Positions 27,701-42,700 of a stretch of DNA of 64,000 bases are shown in pieces. Made by a program: the position numbers and the translations under genes. Source of the stretch: Auanema rhodensis (lineage: Eukaryota; Animalia; Nematoda). Positions within the stretch are counted from its first letter, which is position 1. Each line of letters begins with the position of its first letter. The notes under the pieces were generated by a model, which worked only from the letters and a program-made list of their open reading frames with translations, made no database searches and was not told where the DNA came from. The stretch is from NCBI GenBank assembly GCA_964057225.1, contig OZ059900.1:10478001-10542000 (forward strand), given 5' to 3'.

Positions 27701-30700
27701 ATTTCGGGAGAGTGAGATATGGTTACCGAAAACTCGAATGATATACGGATATCACCATCATAGGCCATGTTGCATGATGTTATACAGTCAACTTCTCTGG
27801 TTCCTTTGCAATATTCCGTGAAAATCTTTCGCCTTTTACTAAAGATTTCCGTGCATAGGGACGCATATGAGTATCTTTCTTTTTGGAATCCCCTCGAAAG
27901 AGCGGGACATCAGCGTATCAAAGCTTCAGATATAACAGGGTTGTAATATCTACAGCCTTCTTTAAAGAAAACAGCGGATTCAAAAGAAATAAAATAAACT
28001 GTAGTTTGCTTTCATCTACAGTATGTATAGTTACATATATACATATAATTAACTTCCATATGATTACGTACATTTCGGGAGAGTGAGATATGGTTACCGA
28101 AAACTCGAATGATATACGGATATCACCATCATAGGCCATGTTGCATGATGTTATACAGTCAACTTCTCTGGTTCCTTTGCAATATTCCGTGAAAATCTTT
28201 CGCCTTTTACTAAAGATTTCCGTGCATAGGGACGCATATGAGTATCTTTCTTTTTGGAATCCCCTCGAGAGAGCGGGACATCAGCATATCAAAGCTTCTG
28301 ATAAAACAGGGTTGTAATATCTACAGCCTTCTTTAAAGAAAACAGCGAATTCAAAAGAAATAAAATAAACTGTAGTTTGCTTTCATCTACAGTATGTATA
28401 GTTACATATATACATATAATTAACTTCTATATGATTACGTACATTTCGGGAGAGTGAGATATGGTTACCGAAAACTCGAATGATATACGGATATCACCAT
28501 CATAGGCCATGTTACATGATGTTATACAGTCAACTTCTCTGGTTCCTTTGCAATATTCCGTGAAAATCTTTCGCCTTTTACTAAAGATTTCCGTGCATAG
28601 GGACGCATATGAGTATCTTTCTTTTTGGAATCCCCTCGAAAGAGCGGGACATCAGCATATCAAAGCTTCAGATATAACAGGGTTGTAATATCTACAGCCT
28701 TCTTTAAAGAAAACAGCGGATTCAAAAGAAATAAAATAAACTGTAGTTTGCTTTCATCTACAGTATGTATAGTTACATATATACATATAATTAACTTCCA
28801 TATGATTACGTACATTTCGGGAGAGTGAGATATGGTTATCGAAAACTCGAATGATATACGGATATCACTATCATAGGCCATGTTGCATGATGTTATACAG
28901 TCAACTTCTCTGGTTCCTTTGCAATATTCCGTGAAAATCTTTCGCCTTTTACTAAAGATTTCCGTGCATAGGGACGCATATGAGTATCTTTCTTTTTGGA
29001 ATCCCCTCGAAAGAGCGGGACATCAGCATATCAAAGCTTCAGATATAACAGGGTTGTAATATCTACAGCCTTCTTTAAAGAAAACAGCGGATTCAAAAGA
29101 AATAAAATAAACTGTAGTTTGCTTTCATCTACAGTACGTATAGTTACATATATACATATAATCAACTTCCATATGATTACGTACATTTCGGGAGAGTGAG
29201 ATATGGTTACCGACAACTCGAATGATATACGGATATCACCATCATAGGCCATGTTGCATGATGTTATACAGTCAACTTCTCTGGTTCCTTTGCAATATTC
29301 CGTGAAAATCTTTCGCCTTTTACTAAAGATTTCCGTGCATAGGGACGCATATGAGTATCTTTCTTTTTGGAATCCCCTCGAAAGAGCGGGACATCAGCAT
29401 ATCAAAGCTTCAGATATAACAGGGTTGTAATATCTACAGCCTTCTTTAAAGAAAACAGCGGATTCAAATGAAATAAAATAAACTGTAGTTTGCTTTCATC
29501 TACAGTATGTATAGTTACATATATACATATAATTAACTTCCATATGATTACGTACATTTCGGGAGAGTGAGATATGGTTACCGAAAACTCGAATGATATA
29601 CGGATATCACCATCATAGGCCATGTTGCATGATGTTATACAGTCAACTTCTCTGGTTCCTTTGCAATATTCCGTGAAAATCTTTCGCCTTTTACTAAAGA
29701 TTTCCGTGCATAGGGACGCATATGAGTATCTTTCTTTTTGGAATCCCCTCGAAAGAGCGGGACATCAGCATATCAAAGCTTCAGATATAACAGGGTTGTA
29801 ATATCTACAGCCTTCTTTAAAGAAAACAGCGGATTCAAAAGAAATAAAATAAACTGTAGTTTGCTTTCATCTACAGTATGTATAGTTACATATATACATA
29901 TAATTAACTTTCATATGATTACGTACATTTCGGGAGAGTGAGATATGGTTACCGAAAACTCGAATGATATACGGATATCACCATCATAGGCCATGTTGCA
30001 TGATGTTATACAGTCAACTTCTCTGGTTCCTTTGCAATATTCCGTGAAAATCTTTCGCCTTTTACTAAAGATTTCCGTGCATAGGGACGCATATGAGTAT
30101 CTTTCTTTTTGGAATCGCCTCGAAAGAGCGGGACATCAGCATATCAAAGCTTCAGATATAACAGGGTTGTAATATCTACAGCCTTCTTTAAAGAAAACAG
30201 CGGATTCAAAAGAAATAAAATAAACTGTAGTTTGCTTTCATCTACAGTATGTATAGTTACATATATACATATAATTAACTTCCATATGATTACGTACATT
30301 TCGGGAGAGTGAGATATGGTTACCGACAACTCGAATGATATACGGATATCACCATCATAGGCCATGTTGCATGATGTTATACAGTCAACTTCTCTGGTTC
30401 CTTTGCAATATTCCGTGAAAATCTTTCGCCTTTTACTAAAGATTTCCGTGCATAGGGACGCATATGAGTATCTTTCTTTTTGGAATCCCCTCGAAAGAGC
30501 GGGACATCAGCATATCAAAGCTTCAGATATAACAGGGTTGTAATATCTACAGCCTTCTTTAAAGAAAACAGCGGATTCAAATGAAATAAAATAAACTGTA
30601 GTTTGCTTTCATCTACAGTATGTATAGTTACATATATACATATAATTAACTTCTATATGATTACGTACATTTCGGGAGAGTGAGATATGGTTACCGAAAA

Positions 30701-33700
30701 CTCGAATGATATACGGATATCACCATCATAGGCCATGTTACATGATGTTATACAGTCAACTTCTCTGGTTCCTTTGCAATATTCCGTGAAAATCTTTCGC
30801 CTTTTACTAAAGATTTCCGTGCATAGGGACGCATATGAGTATCTTTCTTTTTGGAATCCCCTCGAAAGAGCGGGACATCAGCATATCAAAGCTTCAGATA
30901 TAACAGGGTTGTAATATCTACAGCCTTCTTTAAAGAAAACAGCGGATTCAAAAGAAATAAAATAAACTGTAGTTTGCTTTCATCTACAGTATGTATAGTT
31001 ACATATATACATATAATTAACTTCCATATGATTACGTACATTTCGGGAGAGTGAGATATGGTTACCGAAAACTCGAATGATATACGGATATCACTATCAT
31101 AGGCCATGTTGCATGATGTTATACAGTCAACTTCTCTGGTTCCTTTGCAATATTCCGTGAAAATCTTTCGCCTTTTACTAAAGATTTCCGTGCATAGGGA
31201 CGCATATGAGTATCTTTCTTTTTGGAATCCCCTCGAAAGAGCGGGACATCAGCATATCAAAGCTTCAGATATAACAGGGTTGTAATATCTACAGCCTTCT
31301 TTAAAGAAAACAGCGGATTCAAAAGAAATAAAATAAACTGTAGTTTGCTTTCATCTACAGTACGTATAGTTACATATATACATATAATCAACTTCCATAT
31401 GATTACGTACATTTCGGGAGAGTGAGATATGGTTACCGACAACTCGAATGATATACGGATATACACCATCATAGGCCATGTTGCATGATGTTATACAGTC
31501 AACTTCTCTGGTTCCTTTGCAATATTCCGTGAAAATCTTTCGCCTTTTACTAAAGATTTCCGTGCATAGGGACGCATATGAGTATCTTTCTTTTTGGAAT
31601 CCCCTCGAAAGAGCGGGACATCAGCATATCAAAGCTTCAGATATAACAGGGTTGTAATATCTACAGCCTTCTTTAAAGAAAACAGCGGATTCAAATGAAA
31701 TAAAATAAACTGTAGTTTGCTTTCATCTACAGTATGTATAGTTACATATATACATATAATTAACTTCCATATGATTACGTACATTTCGGGAGAGTGAGAT
31801 ATGGTTACCGAAAACTCGAATGATATACGGATATCACCATCATAGGCCATGTTGCATGATGTTATACAGTCAACTTCTCTGGTTCCTTTGCAATATTCCG
31901 TGAAAATCTTTCGCCTTTTACTAAAGATTTCCGTGCATAGGGACGCATATGAGTATCTTTCTTTTTGGAATCCCCTCGAAAGAGCGGGACATCAGCATAT
32001 CAAAGCTTCAGATATAACAGGGTTGTAATATCTACAGCCTTCTTTAAAGAAAACAGCGGATTCAAAAGAAATAAAATAAACTTTAGTTTGCTTTCATCTA
32101 CAGTATGTATAGTTACATATATACATATAATTAACTTCCATATGATTACGTACATTTCGGGAGAGTGAGATATGGTTACCGAAAACTCGAATGATATACG
32201 GATATCACCATCATAGGCCATGTTACATGATGTTATACAGTCAACTTCTCTGGTTCCTTTGCAATATTCCGTGAAAATCTTTCGCCTTTTACTAAAGATT
32301 TCCGTGCATAGGGACGCATATGAGTATCTTTCTTTTTGGAATCCCCTCGAAAGAGCGGGACATCAGCATATCAAAGCTTCAGATATAACAGGGTTGTAAT
32401 ATCTACAGCCTTCTTTAAAGAAAACAGCGGATTCAAAAGAAATAAAATAAACTGTAGTTTGCTTTCATCTACAGTATGTATAGTTACATATATACATATA
32501 ATTAACTTCCATATGATTACGTACATTTCGGGAGAGTGAGATATGGTTACCGAAAACTCGAATGATATACGGATATCACTATCATAGGCCATGTTGCATG
32601 ATGTTATACAGTCAACTTCTCTGGTTCCTTTGCAATATTCCGTGAAAATCTTTCGCCTTTTACTAAAGATTTCCGTGCATAGGGACGCATATGAGTATCT
32701 TTCTTTTTGGAATCCCCTCGAAAGAGCGGGACATCAGCATATCAAAGCTTCAGATATAACAGGGTTGTAATATCTACAGCCTTCTTTAAAGAAAACAGCG
32801 GATTCAAAAGAAATAAAATAAACTGTAGTTTGCTTTCATCTACAGTACGTATAGTTACATATATACATATAATCAACTTCCATATGATTACGTACATTTC
32901 GGGAGAGTGAGATATGGTTACCGACAACTCGAATGATATACGGATATCACCATCATAGGCCATGTTGCATGATGTTATACAGTCAACTTCTCTGGTTCCT
33001 TTGCAATATTCCGTGAAAATCTTTCGCCTTTTACTAAAGATTTCCGTGCATAGGGACGCATATGAGTATCTTTCTTTTTGGAATCCCCTCGAAAGAGCGG
33101 GACATCAGCATATCAAAGCTTCAGATATAACAGGGTTGTAATATCTACAGCCTTCTTTAAAGAAAACAGCGGATTCAAATGAAATAAAATAAACTGTAGT
33201 TTGCTTTCATCTACAGTATGTATAGTTACATATATACATATAATTAACTTCCATATGATTACGTACATTTCGGGAGAGTGAGATATGGTTACCGAAAACT
33301 CGAATGATATACGGATATCACCATCATAGGCCATGTTGCATGATGTTATACAGTCAACTTCTCTGGTTCCTTTGCAATATTCCGTGAAAATCTTTCGCCT
33401 TTTACTAAAGATTTCCGTGCATAGGGACGCATATGAGTATCTTTCTTTTTGGAATCCCCTCGAAAGAGCGGGACATCAGCATATCAAAGCTTCAGATATA
33501 ACAGGGTTGTAATATCTACAGCCTTCTTTAAAGAAAACAGCGGATTCAAAAGAAATAAAATAAACTTTAGTTTGCTTTCATCTACAGTATGTATAGTTAC
33601 ATATATACATATAATTAACTTCCATATGATTACGTACATTTCGGGAGAGTGAGATATGGTTACCGAAAACTCGAATGATATACGGATATCACTATTATAG

Positions 33701-36700
33701 GCCATGTTGCATGATGTTATACAGTCAACTTCTCTGGTTCCTTTGCAATATTCCGTGAAAATCTTTCGCCTTTTACTAAAGATTTCCGTGCATAGGGACG
33801 CATATGAGTATCTTTCTTTTTGGAATCCCCTCGAAAGAGCGGGACATCAGCATATCAAAGCTTCAGATATAACAGGGTTGTAATATCTACAGCCTTCTTT
33901 AAAGAAAACAGCGGATTCAAAAGAAATAAAATAAACTGTAGTTTGCTTTCATCTACAGTATGTATAGTTACATATATACATATAATTAACTTCCATATGA
34001 TTACGTACATTTCGGGAGAGTGAGATATGGTTACCGAAAACTCGAATGATATACGGATATCACCATCATAGGCCATGTTGCATGATGTTATACAGTCAAC
34101 TTCTCTGGTTCCTTTGCAATATTCCGTGAAAATCTTTCGCCTTTTACTAAAGATTTCCGTGCATAGGGACGCATATGAGTATCTTTTTTTTTTGGAATCC
34201 CCTCGAAAGAGCGGGACATCAGCATATCAAAGCTTCAGATATAACAGGGTTGTAATATCTACAGCCTTCTTTAAAGAAAACAGCGGATTCAAAAGAAATA
34301 AAATAAACTGTAGTTTGCTTTCATCTACAGTACGTATAGTTACATATATACATATAATCAACTTCCATATGATTACGTACATTTCGGGAGAGTGAGATAT
34401 GGTTACCGACAACTCGAATGATATACGGATATCACCATCATAGGCCATGTTGCATGATGTTATACAGTCAACTTCTCTGGTTCCTTTGCAATATTCCGTG
34501 AAAATCTTTCGCCTTTTACTAAAGATTTCCGTGCATAGGGACGCATATGAGTATCTTTTTTTTTTGGAATCCCCTCGAAAGAGCGGGACATCAGCATATC
34601 AAAGCTTCAGATATAACAGGGTTGTAATATCTACAGCCTTCTTTAAAGAAAACAGCGGATTCAAAAGAAATAAAATAAACTGTAGTTTGCTTTCATCTAC
34701 AGTACGTATAGTTACATATATACATATAATCAACTTCCATATGATTACGTACATTTCGGGAGAGTGAGATATGGTTACCGACAACTCGAATGATATACGG
34801 ATATCACCATCATAGGCCATGTTGCATGATGTTATACAGTCAACTTCTCTGGTTCCTTTGCAATATTCCGTGAAAATCTTTCGCCTTTTACTAAAGATTT
34901 CCGTGCATAGGGACGCATATGAGTATCTTTTTTTTTTGGAATCCCCTCGAAAGAGCGGGACATCAGCATATCAAAGCTTCAGATATAACAGGGTTGTAAT
35001 ATCTACAGCCTTCTTTAAAGAAAACAGCGGATTCAAAAGAAATAAAATAAACTGTAGTTTGCTTTCATCTACAGTATGTATAGTTACATATATACATATA
35101 ATTAACTTCCATATGATTACGTACATTTCGGGAGAGTGAGATATGGTTACCGAAAACTCGAATGATATACGGATATCACCATCATAGGCCATGTTGCATG
35201 ATGTTATACAGTCAACTTCTCTGGTTCCTTTGCAATATTCCGTGAAAATCTTTCGCCTTTTACTAAAGATTTCCGTGCATGGGGACGCATATGAGTATCT
35301 TTCTTTTCGGAATCCCCTCGAAAGAGCGGGACATCAGCATATCAAAGCTTCAGATATAACAGGGTTGTAATATCTACAGCCTTCTTTAAAGAAAACAGCG
35401 GATTCAAAAGAAATAAAATAAACTGTAGTTTGCTTTCATCTACAGTATGTATAGTTACATATATACATATAATTAACTTCCATATGATTACGTACATTTC
35501 GGGAGAGTGAGATATGGTTACCGAAAACTCGAATGATATACGGATATCACCATCATAGGCCATGTTGCATGATGTTATACAGTCAACTTCTCTGGTTCCT
35601 TTGCAATATTCCGTGAAAATCTTTCGCCTTTTACTAAAGATTTCCGTGCATAGGGACGCATATGAGTATCTTTCTTTTTGGAATCCCCTCGAAAGAGCGG
35701 GACATCAGCATATCAAAGCTTCAGATATAACAGGGTTGTAATATCTACAGCCTTCTTTAAAGAAAACAGCGGATTCAAAAGAAATAAAATAAACTGTAGT
35801 TTGCTTTCATCTACAGTACGTATAGTTACATATATACATATAATCAACTTCCATATGATTACGTACATTTCGGGAGAGTGAGATATGGTTACCGACAACT
35901 CGAATGATATACGGATATCACCATCATAGGCCATGTTGCATGATGTTATACAGTCAACTTCTCTGGTTCCTTTGCAATATTCCGTGAAAATCTTTCGCCT
36001 TTTACTAAAGATTTCCGTGCATAGGGACGCATATGAGTATCTTTCTTTTTGGAATCCCCTCGAAAGAGCGGGACATCAGCATATCAAAGCTTCAGATATA
36101 ACAGGGTTGTAATATCTACAGCCTTCTTTAAAGAAAACAGCGGATTCAAAAGAAATAAAATAAACTGTAGTTTGCTTTCATCTACAGTATGTATAGTTAC
36201 ATATATACATATAATTAACTTCCATATGATTACGTACATTTCGGGAGAGTGAGATATGGTTACCGAAAACTCGAATGATATACGGATATCACCATCATAG
36301 GCCATGTTGCATGATGTTATACAGTCAACTTCTCTGGTTCCTTTGCAATATTCCGTGAAAATCTTTCGCCTTTTACTAAAGATTTCCGTGCATAGGGACG
36401 CATATGAGTATCTTTCTTTTTGGAATCCGCTCGAAAGAGCGGGACATCAGCATATCAAAGCTTCAGATATAGCAGGGTTGTAATATCTACAACCTTCTTT
36501 AAAGAAAACAGCGGATTCAAAAGAAATAAAATAAACTGTAGTTTGCTTTCATCTACAGTATGTATAGTTACATATATACATATAATTAACTTCCATATGA
36601 TTACGTACATTTCGGGAGAGTGAGATATGGTTACCGAAAACTCGAATGATATACGGATATCACTATCATAGGCCATGTTGCATGATGTTATACAGTCAAC

Positions 36701-39700
36701 TTCTCTGGTTCCTTTGCAATATTCCGTGAAAATCTTTCGCCTTTTACTAAAGATTTCCGTGCATAGGGACGCATATGAGTATCTTTTTTTTTTTGGAATC
36801 CCCTCGAAAGAGCGGGACATCAGCATATCAAAGCTTCAGATATAACAGGGTTGTAATATCTACAGCCTTCTTTAAAGAAAACAGCGGATTCAAAAGAAAT
36901 AAAATAAACTGTAGTTTGCTTTCATCTACAGTATGTATAGTTACATATATACATATAATTAACTTCCATATGATTACGTACATTTCGGGAGAGTGAGATA
37001 TGGTTACCGAAAACTCGAATGATATACGGATATCACCATCATAGGCCATGTTGCATGATGTTATACAGTCAACTTCTCTGGTTCCTTTGCAATATTCCGT
37101 GAAAATCTTTCGCCTTTTACTAAAGATTTCCGTGCATAGGGACGCATATGAGTATCTTTCTTTTTGGAATCCCCTCGAAAGAGCGGGACATCAGCATATC
37201 AAAGCTTAAGATATAGCAGGGTTGTAATATCTACAACCTTCTTTAAAGAAAACAGCGGATTCAAAAGAAATAAAATAAACTGTAGTTTGCTTTCATCTAC
37301 AGTATGTATAGTTACATATATACATATAATTAACTTCCATATGATTACGTACATTTCGGGAGAGTGAGATATGGTTACCGAAAACTCGAATGATATACGG
37401 ATATCACCATCATAGGCCATGTTGCATGATGTTATACAGTCAACTTCTCTGGTTCCTTTGCAATATTCCGTGAAAATCTTTCGCCTTTTACTAAAGATTT
37501 CCGTGCATAGGGACGCATATGAGTATCTTTCTTTTTGGAATCCCCTCGAAAGAGCGGGACATCAGCATATCAAAGCTTCAGATATAACAGGGTTGTAATA
37601 TCTACAGCCTTCGTTAAAGAAAACAGCGGATTCATAAGAAATAAAATAAACTGTAGTTTGCTTTCATCTACAGTACGTATAGTTACATATATACATATAA
37701 TCAACTTCCATATGATTACGTACATTTCGGGAGAGTCAGATATGGTTACCGACAACTCGAATGATATACGGATATCACCATCATAGGCCATGTTGCATGA
37801 TGTTATACAGTCAACTTCTCTGGTTCCTTTGCAATATTCCGTGAAAATCTTTCGCCTTTTACTAAAGATTTCCGTGCATAGGGACGCATATGAGTATCTT
37901 TCTTTTTGGAATCCCCTCGAAAGAGCGGGACATCAGCATATCAAAGCTTCAGATATAACAGGGTTGTAATATCTACAGCCTTCTTTAAAGAAAACAGCGG
38001 ATTCAAAAGAAATAAAATAAACTGTAGTTTGCTTTCATCTACAGTACGTATAGTTACATATATACATATAATCAACTTCCATATGATTACGTACATTTCG
38101 GGAGAGTGAGATATGGTTACCGACAACTCGAATGATATACGGATATCACCATCATAGGCCATGTTGCATGATGTTATACAGTCAACTTCTCTGGTTCCTT
38201 TGCAATATTCCGTGAAAATCTTTCGCCTTTTACTAAAGATTTCCGTGCATAGGGACGCATATGAGTATCTTTCTTTTTGGAATCCCCTCGAAAGAGCGGG
38301 ACATCAGCATATCAAAGCTTCAGATATAACAGGGTTGTAATATCTACAGCCTTCTTTAAAGAAAACAGCGGATTCAAAAGAAATAAAATAAACTGTAGTT
38401 TGCTTTCATCTACAGTATGTATAGTTACATATATACATATAATTAACTTCCATATGATTACGTACATTTCGGGAGAGTGAGATATGGTTACCGAAAACTC
38501 GAATGATATACGGATATCACTATTATAGGCCATGTTGCATGATGTTATACAGTCAACTTCTCTGGTTCCTTTGCAATATTCCGTGAAAATCTTTCGCCTT
38601 TTACTAAAGATTTCCGTGCATAGGGACGCATATGAGTATCTTTCTTTTTGGAATCCCCTCGAAAGAGCGGGACATCAGCATATCAAAGCTTCAGATATAG
38701 CAGGGTTGTAATATCTACAACCTTCTTTAAAGAAAACAGCGGATTCAAAAGAAATAAAATAAACTGTAGTTTGCTTTCATCTACAGTATGTATAGTTACA
38801 TATATACATATAATTAACTTCCATATGATTACGTACATTTCGGGAGAGTGAGATATGGTTACCGAAAACTCGAATGATATACGGATATCACTATCATAGG
38901 CCATGTTGCATGATGTTATACAGTCAACTTCTCTGGTTCCTTTGCAATATTCCGTGAAAATCTTTCGCCTTTTACTAAAGATTTCCGTGCATAGGGACGC
39001 ATATGAGTATCTTTTTTTTTTTGGAATCCCCTCGAAAGAGCGGGACATCAGCATATCAAAGCTTCAGATATAACAGGGTTGTAATATCTACAGCCTTCTT
39101 TAAAGAAAACAGCGGATTCAAAAGAAATAAAATAAACTGTAGTTTGCTTTCATCTACAGTATGTATAGTTACATATATACATATAATTAACTTCCATATG
39201 ATTACGTACATTTCGGGAGAGTGAGATATGGTTACCGAAAACTCGAATGATATACGGATATCACCATCATAGGCCATGTTGCATGATGTTATACAGTCAA
39301 CTTCTCTGGTTCCTTTGCAATATTCCGTGAAAATCTTTCGCCTTTTACTAAAGATTTCCGTGCATAGGGACGCATATGAGTATCTTTCTTTTTGGAATCC
39401 CCTCGAAAGAGCGGGACATCAGCATATCAAAGCTTAAGATATAGCAGGGTTGTAATATCTACAACCTTCTTTAAAGAAAACAGCGGATTCAAAAGAAATG
39501 AAATAAACTGTAGTTTGCTTTCATCTACAGTATGTATAGTTACATATATACATATAATTAACTTCCATATGATTACGTACATTTCGGGAGAGTGAGATAT
39601 GGTTACCGAAAACTCGAATGATATACGGATATCACTATCATAGGCCATGTTGCATGATGTTATACAGTCAACTTCTCTGGTTCCTTTGCAATATTCCGTG

Positions 39701-42700
39701 AAAATCTTTCGCCTTTTACTAAAGATTTCCGTGCATAGGGACGCATATGAGTATCTTTCTTTTTGGAATCCCCTCGAAAGAGCGGGACATCAGCATATCA
39801 AAGCTTCAGATATAACAGGGTTGTAATATCTACAGCCTTCTTTAAAGAAAACAGCGGATTCAAAAGAAATAAAATAAACTGTAGTTTGCTTTCATCTACA
39901 GTATGTATAGTTACATATATACATATAATTAACTTCCATATGATTACGTACATTTCGGGAGAGTGAGATATGGTTACCGAAAACTCGAATGATATACGGA
40001 TATCACCATCATAGGCCATGTTGCATGATGTTATACAGTCAACTTCTCTGGTTCCTTTGCAATATTCCGTGAAAATCTTTCGCCTTTTACTAAAGATTTC
40101 CGTGCATAGGGACGCATATGAGTATCTTTCTTTTTGGAATCCCCTCGAAAGAGCGGGACATCAGCATATCAAAGCTTCAGATATAACAGGGTTGTAATAT
40201 CTACAGCCTTCGTTAAAGAAAACAGCGGATTCATAAGAAATAAAATAAACTGTAGTTTGCTTTCATCTACAGTACGTATAGTTACATATATACATATAAT
40301 CAACTTCCATATGATTACGTACATTTCGGGAGAGTCAGATATGGTTACCGACAACTCGAATGATATACGGATATCACCATCATAGGCCATGTTGCATGAT
40401 GTTATACAGTCAACTTCTCTGGTTCCTTTGCAATATTCCGTGAAAATCTTTCGCCTTTTACTAAAGATTTCCGTGCATAGGGACGCATATGAGTATCTTT
40501 CTTTTTGGAATCCCCTCGAAAGAGCGGGACATCAGCATATCAAAGCTTCAGATATAACAGGGTTGTAATATCTACAGCCTTCTTTAAAGAAAACAGCGGA
40601 TTCAAAAGAAATAAAATAAACTGTAGTTTGCTTTCATCTACAGTACGTATAGTTACATATATACATATAATCAACTTCCATATGATTACGTACATTTCGG
40701 GAGAGTGAGATATGGTTACCGACAACTCGAATGATATACGGATATCACCATCATAGGCCATGTTGCATGATGTTATACAGTCAACTTCTCTGGTTCCTTT
40801 GCAATATTCCGTGAAAATCTTTCGCCTTTTACTAAAGATTTCCGTGCATAGGGACGCATATGAGTATCTTTCTTTTTGGAATCCCCTCGAAAGAGCGGGA
40901 CATCAGCATATCAAAGCTTCAGATATAACAGGGTTGTAATATCTACAGCCTTCTTTAAAGAAAACAGCGGATTCAAAAGAAATAAAATAAACTGTAGTTT
41001 GCTTTCATCTACAGTATGTATAGTTACATATATACATATAATTAACTTCCATATGATTACGTACATTTCGGGAGAGTGAGATATGGTTACCGAAAACTCG
41101 AATGATATACGGATATCACTATTATAGGCCATGTTGCATGATGCTATACAGTCAACTTCTCTGGTTCCTTTGCAATATTCCGTGAAAATCTTTCGCCTTT
41201 TACTAAAGATTTCCGTGCATAGGGACGCATATGAGTATCTTTCTTTTTGGAATCCCCTCGAAAGAGCGGGACATCAGCATATCAAAGCTTCAGATATAAC
41301 AGGGTTGTAATATCTACAACCTTCGTTAAAGAAAACAGCGGATTCAAAAGAAATAAAATAAACTGTAGTTTGCTTTCATCTACAGTATGTATAGTTACAT
41401 ATATACATATAATTAACTTTCATATGATTACGTACATTTCGGGAGAGTGAGATATGGTTACCGAAAACTCGAATTATATACGGATATCACCAACATAGGC
41501 CATGTTGCATGATGTTATACAGTCAACTTCTCTGGTTCCTTTGCAATATTCCGTGAAAATCTTTCGCCTTTTACTAAAGATTTCCGTGCATAGGGACGCA
41601 TATGAGTATCTTTTTTTTTTTGGAATCCCCTCGAAAGAGCGGGACATCAGCATATCAAAGCTTCAGATATAACAGGGTTGTAATATCTACAGCCTTCTTT
41701 AAAGAAAACAGCGGATTCAAAAGAAATAAAATAAACTGTAGTTTGCTTTCATCTACAGTATGTATAGTTACATATATACATATAATTAACTTCCATATGA
41801 TTACGTACATTTCGGGAGAGTGAGATATGGTTACCGAAAACTCGAATGATATACGGATATCACCATCATAGGCCATGTTGCATGATGTTATACAGTCAAC
41901 TTCTCTGGTTCCTTTGCAATATTCCGTGAAAATCTTTCGCCTTTTACTAAAGATTTCCGTGCATAGGGACGCATATGAGTATCTTTCTTTTTGGAATCCC
42001 CTCGAAAGAGCGGGACATCAGCATATCAAAGCTTCAGATATAACAGGGTTGTAATATCTACAACCTTCTTTAAAGAAAACAGCGGATTCAAAAGAAATAA
42101 AATAAACTGTAGTTTGCTTTTATCTACAGTATGTATAGTTACATATATACATATAATTAACTTCCATATGATTACGTACATTTCGGGAGAGTGAGATATG
42201 GTTACCGAAAACTCGAATGATATACGGATATCACCATCATAGGCCATGTTGCATGATGTTATACAGTCAACTTCTCTGGTTCCTTTGCAATATTCCGTGA
42301 AAATCTTTCGCCTTTTACTAAAGATTTCCGTGCATAGGGACGCATATGAGTATCTTTCTTTTTGGAATCCCCTCGAAAGAGCGGGACATCAGCATATCAA
42401 AGCTTCAGATATAACAGGGTTGTAATATCTACAGCCTTCTTTAAAGAAAACAGCGGATTCAAAAGAAATAAAATAAACTGTAGTTTGCTTTTATCTACAG
42501 TATGTATAGTTACATATATACATATAATTAACTTCCATATGATTACGTACATTTCGGGAGAGTGAGATATGGTTACCGAAAACTCGAATGATATACGGAT
42601 ATCACTATTATAGGCCATGTTGCATGATGTTATACAGTCAACTTCTCTGGTTCCTTTGCAATATTCCGTGAAAATCTTTCGCCTTTTACTAAAGATTTCC

